A model generated the notes under the pieces. That model worked only from the letters and a program-made list of their open reading frames with translations. It searched no databases and had not been told where the DNA came from. From a virus (taxonomy: Duplodnaviria > Caudoviricetes): 35,689 nt of DNA. The stretch spans positions 1 to 35,689 of the IMG/VR virus record IMGVR_UViG_3300046710_000082, one strand, 5' to 3'. Positions 19,101 to 27,570 of the stretch are shown piece by piece. Position 1 is the first letter of the stretch. The number at the start of each line of letters is the position of its first letter. The position numbers and the translations under genes were made by a program.

Positions 19101-19146
19101 GAGCATCGGCTTCAGGGAGCCGCAAGGTTCCCTCAAACTGATGCTC
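19101..19146 (+). other. Long intergenic hairpin with GCAA tetraloop (possible processing/stability element)
   Basis: GAGCATCGG/CTGATGCTC outer stem plus AGGGAGCC-GCAA-GGTTCCCT inner stem. Confidence 0.65.
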
Positions 19147-19180
19147 AACGCAGGACATTCGTACCAAAGGAGATGGAGAG

Positions 19181-19492
19181 ATGACAAAGGCAGAACAGAA
19201 GCAGATGGAGTTGGACGCGCTGGAAGAAAAGAAGTTGACTACACCAGACGGTGAGAAGTTGGAATACCCAATGGTTGAAGGAGACACATACGTTATCGGT
19301 TCGCTCATCCCGTTCACGGGCGGCAGGGTTCATATCGTGGCTCAGACAGGGCTTCGCAGGATGGCGGTGTTCATCATGGAAGCACTTATCAGGGAAGGTT
19401 CAGCGACAGGCGCGAGCATCTATCACCTTGAAATTGTTGAGCATGAGTGGCGTTATGTGAAGTTGGCGCTGGGTGACGCAAAGCAGAGATGA
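19181..19492 (+). CDS. Hypothetical early protein
   Basis: CCAAAGGAGATGG RBS, 103 aa. Confidence 0.7.
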   Translation: MTKAEQKQMELDALEEKKLTTPDGEKLEYPMVEGDTYVIGSLIPFTGGRVHIVAQTGLRRMAVFIMEALIREGSATGASIYHLEIVEHEWRYVKLALGDAKQR

Positions 19493-19704
19493 GCATTGTC
19501 ATCGTGAGTGTGGTATTCGCTGTGCTGGGCGGTCTGACAGCGTTCTTTTGGGGTACATTCGGAGCAACCGTGATGATGATTCTGATGGGCTTCGGACTTG
19601 GACTGACCATCGGCTTCGGTATCGGAGTTGTTGTCGTATTCTTGAGACCACAATGGTTGGAGCGGATGGGATTCACTGAGGAATCATGGGGAGATGAGAG
19701 ATGA
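19489..19704 (+). CDS. Small membrane protein
   Basis: ATGA coupling; long Gly-rich hydrophobic stretch (about two TM helices). Confidence 0.65.
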   Translation: MSIVIVSVVFAVLGGLTAFFWGTFGATVMMILMGFGLGLTIGFGIGVVVVFLRPQWLERMGFTEESWGDER

Positions 19705-19874
19705 AGTGGACTGAGATGACGCCAAGGCAACGAGTATGGTTGGAAGGCTGGATTGTGACGGGAAGCCGCATCACGACAATCTATGTGGAACGACAACCAC
19801 GGTATGAGTTTGTGACCGTGTGGCAATCGGTCAATCGGATGCTTCATGTGAAGGTTGAGGCAAGGAGAGTGTGA
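19701..19874 (+). CDS. Hypothetical protein (57 aa, MKWTEMTPRQRVWLEGW..)
   Basis: GGAGATGAG RBS and ATGA overlap; fills the gap exactly. Confidence 0.55.
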   Translation: MKWTEMTPRQRVWLEGWIVTGSRITTIYVERQPRYEFVTVWQSVNRMLHVKVEARRV

Positions 19875-19875
19875 C

Positions 19876-20184
19876 ATGGGTAGAATCACAAGTTATGAAC
19901 TGAAGAAGATGGATTATCACAGGAACGGTATCAGTGGCGTGGGCTTCCATGTGGCGGTGTTTATTGACCATCACTCTGATGAGGGGAAGGCGATGATGAT
20001 GCTGGGCGTGCTGTTTGATAACGACAGGGAATGCTACTGCTGTGCATTCAGCCTGAAGAAATTGGCTGAGGGTAACATCAGTTTCGGTGATAACTCCTTT
20101 CGTGGTGACCACTATGGGGACATGATGCGAGCGTGGGCTGAGGACTACGACAACAACGAGAGCAAACTCTATGGAGGCAAGTGA
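19876..20184 (+). CDS. Hypothetical phage protein (HRNG motif)
   Basis: AAGGAG RBS; YHRNGISGVGFHV motif. Confidence 0.7.
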   Translation: MGRITSYELKKMDYHRNGISGVGFHVAVFIDHHSDEGKAMMMLGVLFDNDRECYCCAFSLKKLAEGNISFGDNSFRGDHYGDMMRAWAEDYDNNESKLYGGK

Positions 20185-20624
20185 TGGGAAACTCAGTTGA
20201 CCAAGACCTACAGGGCAAGTGCATCCTGCTGAAGAAATCCGTGATGAGCAAGGATTATCAAGGTGAGGCGGCACGGACGGTCAATGTCACAGGCGGCAAC
20301 GGCTCTATCGCAGCGGCGATGGGTCATTCGCTTTATGTACAGTTTGTCGTGGACGGTACAGACGGCACATTCTATGGTGAGGATGTTGAGAAAGTCCTTG
20401 GTGATGCGAAACCTGTAATCATCCACGCGATAGAGATTGGCGATTCGGTGTGCTGGAAAGAACAGAAAGACGAGAAGCACATGACGCTCCACCTTGGCTG
20501 GCATGTAGTCAAGATTGGCAGGAAGTATGTGTACATCACGCAGATAGCGTGTCTGGAAAAGAAGGTCAAGAAGGTCACTCTGGCAGAGATTGACGGTGTG
20601 ACGCGTACTAGCAAATACGCATAG
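20181..20624 (+). CDS. Hypothetical protein
   Basis: GGAGG RBS, overlap coupling, 147 aa. Confidence 0.65.
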   Translation: MMGNSVDQDLQGKCILLKKSVMSKDYQGEAARTVNVTGGNGSIAAAMGHSLYVQFVVDGTDGTFYGEDVEKVLGDAKPVIIHAIEIGDSVCWKEQKDEKHMTLHLGWHVVKIGRKYVYITQIACLEKKVKKVTLAEIDGVTRTSKYA

Positions 20625-20633
20625 GGGCCTGAA

Positions 20634-20810
20634 ATGAAGAAAACAGAGTTGGTTGTCGGCAAGGAATATTACTGTGATAACTCCATCAATTGGCAAAAGT
20701 ATGGTTACTGTTCCATTCGTTACATCCTGCGCGATGCGAACGCACCCGTGGATGGTATGCACACAGCGAAAGGGAATGGCAAACCAAATTATCTGATGGC
20801 TCCACGGTGA
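20634..20810 (+). CDS. Hypothetical protein (58 aa; may be the N-terminus of a split gene)
   Basis: ATG 20634 after AGGGG; TGA 20808-20810 overlaps the ATG of the next ORF. Confidence 0.45.
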   Translation: MKKTELVVGKEYYCDNSINWQKYGYCSIRYILRDANAPVDGMHTAKGNGKPNYLMAPR

Positions 20811-21181
20811 TGCTTGGCGGTGACATTCATTCCAGCGACAATGCTCGCGGAATGCTGTTCAAGGTTGTCGGGGATAGCAACGAAAAGTGGGCAGTGTTTG
20901 GACTTGGTTCCATCAGAGGCGAGTACGAACCAACCGTCGAACATCTGAAAGAGTTCAAGAAGGCAGAGAATAGACAAAGAGCAGAAGCGGAAATGACTTA
21001 CGCCAAGAATGTCAAGATTGTCGAAAAAGCAAAAGGAGTCTTGGTTGCGATGGGCTTGCCTGATGCCTATAGCCTCTACTCAATGGGAAATGGACGTTAT
21101 GATGTTGACGTGAGAATGTCGCGGACACAGTTGGAATGGATTGTCGGTAAGATGCTGGCGCTCAGCGCCAAAGGAGAATGA
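20810..21181 (+). CDS. Hypothetical protein (start uncertain; frame open from about 20680)
   Basis: TGATG overlap; part of the listed 20690-21181 ORF. Confidence 0.55.
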   Translation: MLGGDIHSSDNARGMLFKVVGDSNEKWAVFGLGSIRGEYEPTVEHLKEFKKAENRQRAEAEMTYAKNVKIVEKAKGVLVAMGLPDAYSLYSMGNGRYDVDVRMSRTQLEWIVGKMLALSAKGE

Positions 21182-21184
21182 GGC

Positions 21185-21390
21185 GTGTATACAGAGAGGA
21201 ACTTCAAGACCAAAAAGGAACTGAAGGAAGCAGTTGCCCGTGGTGTCATCGTCAACATCTTCGGCAATCCCAAGGGTGCGGCTGACTTCACGGGAAAACG
21301 GCAAGCGTGGAGGGGCCACACTATCCCAAGCCCCACACTTGGTACGCTGAGGTTGAGATGGTCAACGGCGCTGTCGTGAAGGTAAAGTGA
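21185..21390 (+). CDS. Small conserved phage protein interrupted by a -1 frameshift at GGGAAAA (21292-21298)
   Basis: MYTERNFKTKKELKEAV.. joins ..ASVEGPHYPKPHTWYAEVEMVNGAVVKVK only in the -1 frame, whose stop overlaps the next ATG (TGATG). Confidence 0.65.
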
Positions 21391-21668
21391 TGACAGACAC
21401 AGAGAAGAAAGTGCCTGTCATTGAACCTGTGGTGGAGCCAACCTTTGCAGAGTTCAAGGCTGGGATGATTGCGGCAAGGATTCAGATGCTTGCTCCGCAC
21501 AACGCGCACGGAATGACCAACTACATCACCAAACTCTACAAGATTATGAACGTGCCTGCTGCCCTTGCCACAAAGGAACAGACAGCGGCGCTCCTTGATG
21601 CTACGCTGGGAATCTTTGCCTACACACACGCGATGGCTCTGAAGCACAGAAAGGAGAGCAAGCCGTGA
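21390..21668 (+). CDS. Hypothetical protein
   Basis: Coupled ORF, 92 aa. Confidence 0.6.
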   Translation: MTDTEKKVPVIEPVVEPTFAEFKAGMIAARIQMLAPHNAHGMTNYITKLYKIMNVPAALATKEQTAALLDATLGIFAYTHAMALKHRKESKP

Positions 21669-21871
21669 GCATCCCGATGGCGTTCAAGACCCTGAGAGAC
21701 CACGGGTTTGTGTGTGACGTGACCACGGGCTGGTGTGAGAAGCATCAGCCCGATGGGGCTGTCCTGTTTATGAATCCGTACATTGTCACGGCTGAGGAAG
21801 TTCGTGGAGACGCTGTAAACGCTAAGGACTACGATGACGCGCTGAGGCGCGTAGAGGAAGGTGTGGCATGA
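21665..21871 (+). CDS. Hypothetical protein
   Basis: AAAGGAG RBS, GTGA overlap. Confidence 0.6.
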   Translation: MSIPMAFKTLRDHGFVCDVTTGWCEKHQPDGAVLFMNPYIVTAEEVRGDAVNAKDYDDALRRVEEGVA

Positions 21872-22935
21872 TTGTGTTTCCTGCTGGTGCGTTGAAGGCG
21901 GCAACCGCTGAAGCGAACATTGGAGCGCAGGTGCGGCTTGTCGGTGATGGTGAGAGCTTCCGCTTGGAAGCGACAAACAATGAGATGTGCGTTGTCTCTG
22001 CTGTCCTGAAGCACAACCCGTGTGACGTTCTTGACTGTGAAGTAGGTAGGGAGATGCTGGGAAAGGTTGCCGCAACGCTCAAAGGCGATGTGGAACTCAC
22101 AGCAACAGAGAGTGCCGTGACCCTGACGGCTGGCAAGGGCAAGTTCACGCTGAGTGTCCTGCAACCGATTCCGCATCCAACATATGAACCCGTGAAGGCT
22201 GGTGAAACGCTGATGCTTGCTCACGATGAGTGGGCTTGGATTTGTGACAACTTGGGAGCCGCAATCAAAGCGCGGCAGTACAACCCGTACAAGGACGTGA
22301 CGGTGTTCCCGAACAAGGAGAGTGTGGACATCGTGGGAACGTCTGGAACCTATATGTGTGGCGTTCACCTTGATGGCGTTCGTAGTCTCAGCGTCAAGCA
22401 CGACCTTCCGCTTGTCCTGTTCAGGAAAAGCCTGATAGACGTGACCCTGACCTTTGGTGAGGATGGTGTGACGGCTTCCGATGACTTCACCACGGTGACA
22501 ATGTTCTATGGCACAGCTGGCGTTCCCGATATGTACCAGACACTCCTTGACCCTGTGGAGTTCGCAACGCTGAAGTTCACAGCGGTTCAGGGTGAGAATC
22601 TGCTTGACCTGACCAAGCCAATCAGAGGCACAGCCAAGGTCAGTCTACGCTGGTACGGCTCTGACGCTGGCGGCTTCACTCCTTGTGTCCATGTGAGCAC
22701 GCTGGAAGCAAGCGACTTGGACGTGAGCGGCGATGTGGAACTTGATGGTCAGTTCGTGGTTTCGGGCATCGTGGAAGGCAACGCGCCTGTCTATACCAAG
22801 GGCTTGCTGAGGGCGCTGAAGGCGATGGAAGAGGCAGAGTTCAGGGTGCTGGTCAGCCCAAGCGCTCAGGTGGTGTTCCGTTCGCTTCATCGGTTCGCAC
22901 TTTTCATGAGGGCAACCGTGAAAGAGCCTGTATGA
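21868..22935 (+). CDS. Divergent DNA polymerase III beta sliding clamp-like protein
   Basis: 355 aa. LEATNNE, GDVELTA..VTLTAGKGKFTLSVL and IVGTSGTYM segments and the terminal ALFMR parallel DnaN (ATDLE, VATDGHRL, LxMP). Confidence 0.6.
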   Translation: MIVFPAGALKAATAEANIGAQVRLVGDGESFRLEATNNEMCVVSAVLKHNPCDVLDCEVGREMLGKVAATLKGDVELTATESAVTLTAGKGKFTLSVLQPIPHPTYEPVKAGETLMLAHDEWAWICDNLGAAIKARQYNPYKDVTVFPNKESVDIVGTSGTYMCGVHLDGVRSLSVKHDLPLVLFRKSLIDVTLTFGEDGVTASDDFTTVTMFYGTAGVPDMYQTLLDPVEFATLKFTAVQGENLLDLTKPIRGTAKVSLRWYGSDAGGFTPCVHVSTLEASDLDVSGDVELDGQFVVSGIVEGNAPVYTKGLLRALKAMEEAEFRVLVSPSAQVVFRSLHRFALFMRATVKEPV

Positions 22936-23330
22936 AACTCCTTGCCTATGACCCAAAGAAGCGCAAGAAGGTGTTGTGCGGCTTCGTGAAAGGAGACACC
23001 TTTGTACGATACGTCACCTCAGCCCACTTCCATCAACTGACGCAATCCTACGCCATTCAGGAGCATATCGTGCAGAAGCTGGTAGAGATGGACGTGAAGC
23101 ACGTTCACTTGCATACGTCTGTTGGTTATGTGCTGATGAGCCGTCTCAGCGATTGGCTGGAACCCGACATCAAGGTGCTGGACTATGGGAATGGCAAGCA
23201 GCGGTTCCTGCCCATCAAGCGGATGACCCGAAAGCCTGAGCGCGACATGGGGCAGAAGTCTCCTGATGCTGACTGGCAAGCAGAACTTGAAGCCCACAAG
23301 GGTGAGATTGAGTTCAGTCCCAAGGCTTGA
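22932..23330 (+). CDS. Hypothetical phage protein
   Basis: ATGA coupling, 132 aa, DYGNGKQRFLP motif. Confidence 0.65.
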   Translation: MKLLAYDPKKRKKVLCGFVKGDTFVRYVTSAHFHQLTQSYAIQEHIVQKLVEMDVKHVHLHTSVGYVLMSRLSDWLEPDIKVLDYGNGKQRFLPIKRMTRKPERDMGQKSPDADWQAELEAHKGEIEFSPKA

Positions 23331-23354
23331 CTTCCCGTAAAATGTTATTATAGT
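23327..23354 (+). promoter_or_regulatory. Sigma70/SigA-type early promoter
   Basis: TTGACT-N16-TATAGT (also TGnTATTAT) upstream of the 23393 ORF. Confidence 0.7.
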
Positions 23355-23392
23355 AAGGTAGCAACACACTCTGTACCAAAGGAGATGAGACG

Positions 23393-23773
23393 ATGAAGCA
23401 AGACGCACTGCACTTGGCTGTCAAGACCATCATTGACGACTGTACTTCAGAAGACAACCCTGAAGAAAAGAAGAAGTGGCTGGAAGACCTGCAACAGTAC
23501 GGCTGTGAATCGGGCATGGTTGGAGCGTTTGTTTACACCAGCGACTGCGTGGAGTTCTTTGACGAACACAAGGAAGCCATCAATACCATGCTTGCGCAAG
23601 CGATGGAAGATTGTGGCTACCACAGTCTCACGGAGATGTTTGGAGACAAGTGGTACACCGATGACCCGTTGTGCTTGGATGACCAGAACAAGAACTTGCT
23701 TGTCTGGTATGCCGTGGAGACAATCGGCAACGAGATGGAAGATACAGGAGATGATGATGAGGAACTCAACTGA
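23393..23773 (+). CDS. Highly acidic protein, possible DNA mimic (Ocr-like)
   Basis: By my count 32 Asp/Glu versus 8 Lys and no Arg in 126 aa; GCESG..VYTSD..FF motif; first gene after a strong promoter. Confidence 0.55.
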   Translation: MKQDALHLAVKTIIDDCTSEDNPEEKKKWLEDLQQYGCESGMVGAFVYTSDCVEFFDEHKEAINTMLAQAMEDCGYHSLTEMFGDKWYTDDPLCLDDQNKNLLVWYAVETIGNEMEDTGDDDEELN

Positions 23774-24092
23774 GATTCAGAAGAACGGAGTCATGCTTGC
23801 CGCTATTGATGATTACACGCTTCCGCACATCACCCTGAACGTGAACGATGGCGCGGTGAGCGTGTATGCTCATGTGAACGTACCAGCCACGCTAGACATG
23901 GACACTGACGAACGTGCGCTGTACAAGGTTGCCTACGCAGGAACCTATGTGGACTGCCGCTGTGTTGTCGGCGGCAACGATTCTGATTGGAACCGTATGA
24001 TGGAACTCCTGAGCCAAATCCGTTATCACATCAGCAAACTGGTGGAACTGTCACAGGATATGGATGTCCTGCGGCGCTTGAAAGGAGCGTGA
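23757..24092 (+). CDS. Hypothetical protein
   Basis: AGGAG RBS followed by an ATG run at 23751-23759; 3' part of the listed 23433-24092 ORF. Confidence 0.6.
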   Translation: MRNSTEIQKNGVMLAAIDDYTLPHITLNVNDGAVSVYAHVNVPATLDMDTDERALYKVAYAGTYVDCRCVVGGNDSDWNRMMELLSQIRYHISKLVELSQDMDVLRRLKGA

Positions 24093-24349
24093 GACACTTG
24101 AACACAATGCAGTATCGTGAAGCGAACCCACTCAGGAAGTGGCGCAGACGCAACAACGCCACGCAGGGCTTTGTCGCTTCGCAGATTCGCAAGACCATCC
24201 CACTATTGAGCAATTGGGAAAGCGGAGATGTGATGCCGACAGGGCAGAGTTTGGAGTTGCTGGCTGTGGTCATGGGTATGTCCACAGAATCGCTGAAAGA
24301 AGCATGGCACACGTGGCGCGAGATGCGACCAACCATCAAAAGGAGATGA
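24089..24349 (+). CDS. XRE/Cro-type helix-turn-helix regulator
   Basis: LRKWR..TQ..VA..I......LSNWESG...P......LA pattern; start could be 24089, 24098 or 24107. Confidence 0.85.
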   Translation: MRHLNTMQYREANPLRKWRRRNNATQGFVASQIRKTIPLLSNWESGDVMPTGQSLELLAVVMGMSTESLKEAWHTWREMRPTIKRR

Positions 24350-24353
24350 CCCT

Positions 24354-25064
24354 ATGGGAGACGAGCAGAGCAAGAGTGTGTTGACGACAGGCAGCCTGAA
24401 CGAACTTGGTACGGCGCTGGCTATCGCACAGGCTGAAGTCAAGAACGCGGTGCGCGGTGAGACAAACCCTGAGTTCCACAGCAGTTATGCTGACCTTGCT
24501 GCTGTGTGGGATGCTTGCCGACAGGCTCTCAGCAAGAACGGGCTGAGCGTTCTTCAGTTCACGGGAATCAGCGCTGAGGGCGCACCCGTGTTGTTCACAA
24601 CGCTTCTGCACAGGAGTGGTCAGGCGATTACAGGCACAACTCCTATCTATCTGCCACCGACAGAGCGCGTGAACAAGGAAGGCAAGACCATCCAGACCAA
24701 TATGTCGCAAGCGTTTGGAAGCGCCATCACCTATGCACGGCGCTATGCTCTTGCGGCGATGGTTGGCGTGGCGACTGAGGATGATGATGCGAACAGCGCG
24801 AACGGCGATGAGCAGAAGGCCAAGACCCACTCGCAACAGCCGTCCAAACCCGATGATGCCGCCACAGAAGCACAGAAGGGCAAGATTGTGGCGATGGCAA
24901 AGACTGTTGGCTACAAGTCCGACAAGATGGCGGCATTCTTTGCCGAGAACAAGATGGCGTGGGATGAACTGACCAAAGCCCAAGCGTCACACGCGATTGA
25001 CCTGCTGAGCAAGATTGAGAAGGCTGGCAAGGATGTTGCCGACAAGCAGGAAGGTGCGTCATGA
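24354..25064 (+). CDS. erf: ERF-family single-strand annealing protein
   Basis: NPEFHSSYADL, LLHRSGQ and QAFGSAITYARRYALAAMVGV..EDDDAN signature motifs. Confidence 0.93.
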   Translation: MGDEQSKSVLTTGSLNELGTALAIAQAEVKNAVRGETNPEFHSSYADLAAVWDACRQALSKNGLSVLQFTGISAEGAPVLFTTLLHRSGQAITGTTPIYLPPTERVNKEGKTIQTNMSQAFGSAITYARRYALAAMVGVATEDDDANSANGDEQKAKTHSQQPSKPDDAATEAQKGKIVAMAKTVGYKSDKMAAFFAENKMAWDELTKAQASHAIDLLSKIEKAGKDVADKQEGAS

Positions 25065-25747
25065 AGATTGACAAGAAGACAGGTGAAGTGCTGGATGAGC
25101 AGGGCAAGCCTGTTCCCGTCACCACTCCGAACGGTGATGTCAATTGGGATGCGTTCACAGGAGCGCCAATCAACAATATGACAGGTGAGCCGCTGACCAA
25201 GACTGACCTGCTGGACTTTGATGACAGCGCACCTGCTGCTGACATTCCTGCCGATGAGACACCGAAGGTTGCCCCTGACCCTGTTGAGGCTGAAGCACTC
25301 GCTATCGCCAAGGCGGTCAGCGTTCCCACGCCTGAGTTTGATTCCCTTGGTTCGCTGGCGCTGACAGAAGAGGAAGTGGCGCACCTGACACCTTCCAAGG
25401 TTCAATGGGCGTATCTCAAAGCGCAGGAACAGTTGGTGGCGCTGGTGCTTGAACATCGCAGGACAGGCTTGACCGCCATTGAACAGCGGCACGTCTATGA
25501 GCGTGATGCCGCCATGAAGCGCGGTGAGATTCAGTTCACGGCGACCAAGGAAGGCAAGAAGATGACCGTGGATGACCTGAAGGCATCAGTTGATATTGTG
25601 ATGGCATCCCGTGAGGCTATCGCTGAGACGTGGGAACTGATGGCTGGTGCAGGGCGTGAAGCGATTGAAGCCAAGAAGTATGAGTGTGATATGCTCAGAA
25701 GTCTCAACAGCGCTCTCCTTGCTGAATTGACCAAGGCTCAGGCATAA
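25061..25747 (+). CDS. Hypothetical protein (acidic linker plus helical C-terminus), recombination-associated position
   Basis: ATGA coupling after erf, 228 aa. Confidence 0.65.
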   Translation: MKIDKKTGEVLDEQGKPVPVTTPNGDVNWDAFTGAPINNMTGEPLTKTDLLDFDDSAPAADIPADETPKVAPDPVEAEALAIAKAVSVPTPEFDSLGSLALTEEEVAHLTPSKVQWAYLKAQEQLVALVLEHRRTGLTAIEQRHVYERDAAMKRGEIQFTATKEGKKMTVDDLKASVDIVMASREAIAETWELMAGAGREAIEAKKYECDMLRSLNSALLAELTKAQA

Positions 25748-25752
25748 GGGGC

Positions 25753-25780
25753 TTTACTTTCCTGCGAACGCACATATGAT
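25753..25780 (+). promoter_or_regulatory. Promoter for replication genes
   Basis: TTTACT-N16-TATGAT, followed by a 10-bp leader hairpin GACAGGCGCT/AGCGCCTGTC (25787-25823). Confidence 0.55.
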
Positions 25781-25844
25781 TGATAGGACAGGCGCTCATC
25801 CAGCCCTTGTTCAAGCGCCTGTCTGTTCCAAAGGAGACGGTGAT

Positions 25845-26792
25845 GTGACGAAACAGAAGTGCGTGAAGATTCCAAGCGATATTCTTCAAGCCCTTGCCCG
25901 TATTCCGTGGTTGGAGTATAGAGCAAGGGCTGTTTTGTTTCTATTGAGCAAGACTGAGCAGGATTGGACTTGCTTGACGCTCAGCGATTGGAGTTGCGGC
26001 ACTGGCATATCGCAATCGCACATGTCAGAGACCCTGAAACGCTTGGTACGACAGCATATTCTAAAAAGGACACTTCCCGTAGGTGGGAAGTCAAAACCTG
26101 CTAAGTATGGTTTCAACAGGCACTTTGAGCGTTGGCATGACTTCCCGTTAGTGGGAAGTGGTGGAGTTGGACTTCCCGTTAGTGGGAAGTCAAAAGCCGC
26201 AGAGCCTGAACAAAACAGGGCAGAGAAAAACAGCGATGACTTCCCGTTAGTGGGAAGTGGTGACCCTTCTTTTCTTTACTCTCTTGCACTTGCTTTTGAT
26301 TCTCCTAGTACAAAAGAAGAAGTACGAAAAGACGTAGTTCCTAGTACAAAAGAAGAAATACGAAAAGACGTAGTGAAAGGAATAGTAAATAAGAAAAAGA
26401 TTGTCAAGAAAAGGAAAGGACTCACTTGGGAAAGTGACCACTGGGAAGGTATCACACCTGAGTGGATTGCACTTTTGTCAAGGAAGTTCCCGACCTTGGA
26501 CGTACTAGCTGAGATTCACAGACAGGAAGCATACACAGTGACGTATCACAAGCACTATGTGAATGGTGAAAGGACAATCGGGTTCTGGCTGTTACAAGAA
26601 AGTAGCCATCACAAAGGAGATGAGAATGGACACAAACCTGAAGGACGCAATCAGCGCTTCACTGTTGCAAATCACACGGATGCGGATTATGACAATGAGC
26701 AGGATGTTATCGTTGCCGACACCGCCAGACCTCAACGATTGGACAGACCAACAGATACAGGACTTCATCAAGGAACACCAAGCGGCAGTTGA
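25845..26792 (+). CDS. Replication initiator (lambda O-like, N-terminal winged helix)
   Basis: VKIPSDILQAL..LSDWSCGTGISQSHMSETLKRLVRQHIL wHTH; internal iterons and AT-rich tract; followed by a DnaC-like gene. GTG start after CCAAAGGAGACGG. Confidence 0.8.
   Translation: MTKQKCVKIPSDILQALARIPWLEYRARAVLFLLSKTEQDWTCLTLSDWSCGTGISQSHMSETLKRLVRQHILKRTLPVGGKSKPAKYGFNRHFERWHDFPLVGSGGVGLPVSGKSKAAEPEQNRAEKNSDDFPLVGSGDPSFLYSLALAFDSPSTKEEVRKDVVPSTKEEIRKDVVKGIVNKKKIVKKRKGLTWESDHWEGITPEWIALLSRKFPTLDVLAEIHRQEAYTVTYHKHYVNGERTIGFWLLQESSHHKGDENGHKPEGRNQRFTVANHTDADYDNEQDVIVADTARPQRLDRPTDTGLHQGTPSGS
26072..26258. repeat. Four palindromic iterons ACTTCCC-N6-GGGAAGT (probable replication origin)
   Basis: Copies at 26072-26091, 26140-26159, 26171-26190 and 26239-26258. 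Confidence 0.88.
26303..26374 (+). repeat. Tandem 36-bp A-rich repeat (origin unwinding region)
   Basis: TCCTAGTACAAAAGAAGAARTACGAAAAGACGTAGT twice with one mismatch, inside an AT-rich tract next to the iterons. Confidence 0.85.
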
Positions 26793-27387
26793 AGTGGTTG
26801 AGAAGGCTCAAGCGGCTGTTGAAGCCAAGGTACGGGAGATAGATGAGCGCAACCGACAGGAGCTTGAACAGAAATTGTGGGTGCTGAAAGTGAACAAACG
26901 CCTGTCCGAGACATTGGGCGCAAGGTATCTCACCTATGACGATGCTGCTATCCCGAAGCGCGAAGCATTGTTGAAAGCAACATCGTTTGTCATCACAGGA
27001 CAGCGTGGCGCTGGCAAGTCAATGGCGCTCACATACGCACTCTACGAACGCGCTGTGGCGATGTGGAAGCATGATGTGACAGAGATTGAGGCATACAAAG
27101 CGCCTGTCCTGTTCACGCTCCTGCACAACGGCTCCTATCCAAAAGAAGATGCGGCGCTGTTCGCTATTGACGATTTGGGAACTGAGTATGGTGAGACGTT
27201 CGCACTCTCACAGTTCGGAGCGCTTGTGGAGTTCCGCTATTCGCACCTGCTTCCGATGCTGATAACGACAAACATGACCAAGGTTGAGTTCCTGAATCGC
27301 GTTGAATGGGAACGCATCTCAGAGCGCCTGTTGCAGATGTGCTCGTGGATAGTCTTCACAGGCGGCTCACGCAGGGGCTTGGCATGA
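26626..27387 (+). CDS. DnaC/IstB-like AAA+ helicase loader
   Basis: Walker A GQRGAGKS, Walker B IDDLGTE, ITTN sensor, ERISERL arginine finger; RBS CAAAGGAGATGAG before ATG 26626. Confidence 0.88.
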   Translation: MDTNLKDAISASLLQITRMRIMTMSRMLSLPTPPDLNDWTDQQIQDFIKEHQAAVEVVEKAQAAVEAKVREIDERNRQELEQKLWVLKVNKRLSETLGARYLTYDDAAIPKREALLKATSFVITGQRGAGKSMALTYALYERAVAMWKHDVTEIEAYKAPVLFTLLHNGSYPKEDAALFAIDDLGTEYGETFALSQFGALVEFRYSHLLPMLITTNMTKVEFLNRVEWERISERLLQMCSWIVFTGGSRRGLA

Positions 27388-27566
27388 GCGCTCTTGTGGT
27401 CATTGTGCTTTGCGTCTTGATTCTGGTTCTTGCCGTTGTGTACTATCGTGACGGATACAGAGACGGGCGTGAAGATGCTGAGGATGAGAAGATTGGGATG
27501 TTGCGCTGTTATCGCTGTGGCCCTTACAAGAAGGCGATGAATGAGCAAGACCGACAAAGGAGATGA
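27384..27566 (+). CDS. Small membrane-anchored protein
   Basis: ATGA coupling; N-terminal hydrophobic helix followed by GYRDG. Confidence 0.6.
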   Translation: MSALVVIVLCVLILVLAVVYYRDGYRDGREDAEDEKIGMLRCYRCGPYKKAMNEQDRQRR

Positions 27567-27570
27567 GACG

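Noticed and set aside
20634-21181. Programmed frameshift joining the 58-aa ORF to the downstream frame
   Set aside because: No canonical slippery heptamer seen, and a TGATG stop-start overlap at 20808-20812 explains the layout as two coupled genes; a simple indel cannot be excluded.
26072-26374. Repeats as a mini CRISPR array
   Set aside because: Irregular spacing (68, 31, 68 bp), 20-bp palindromes inside the initiator gene next to an AT-rich tract; these fit origin iterons, and no cas genes are present.
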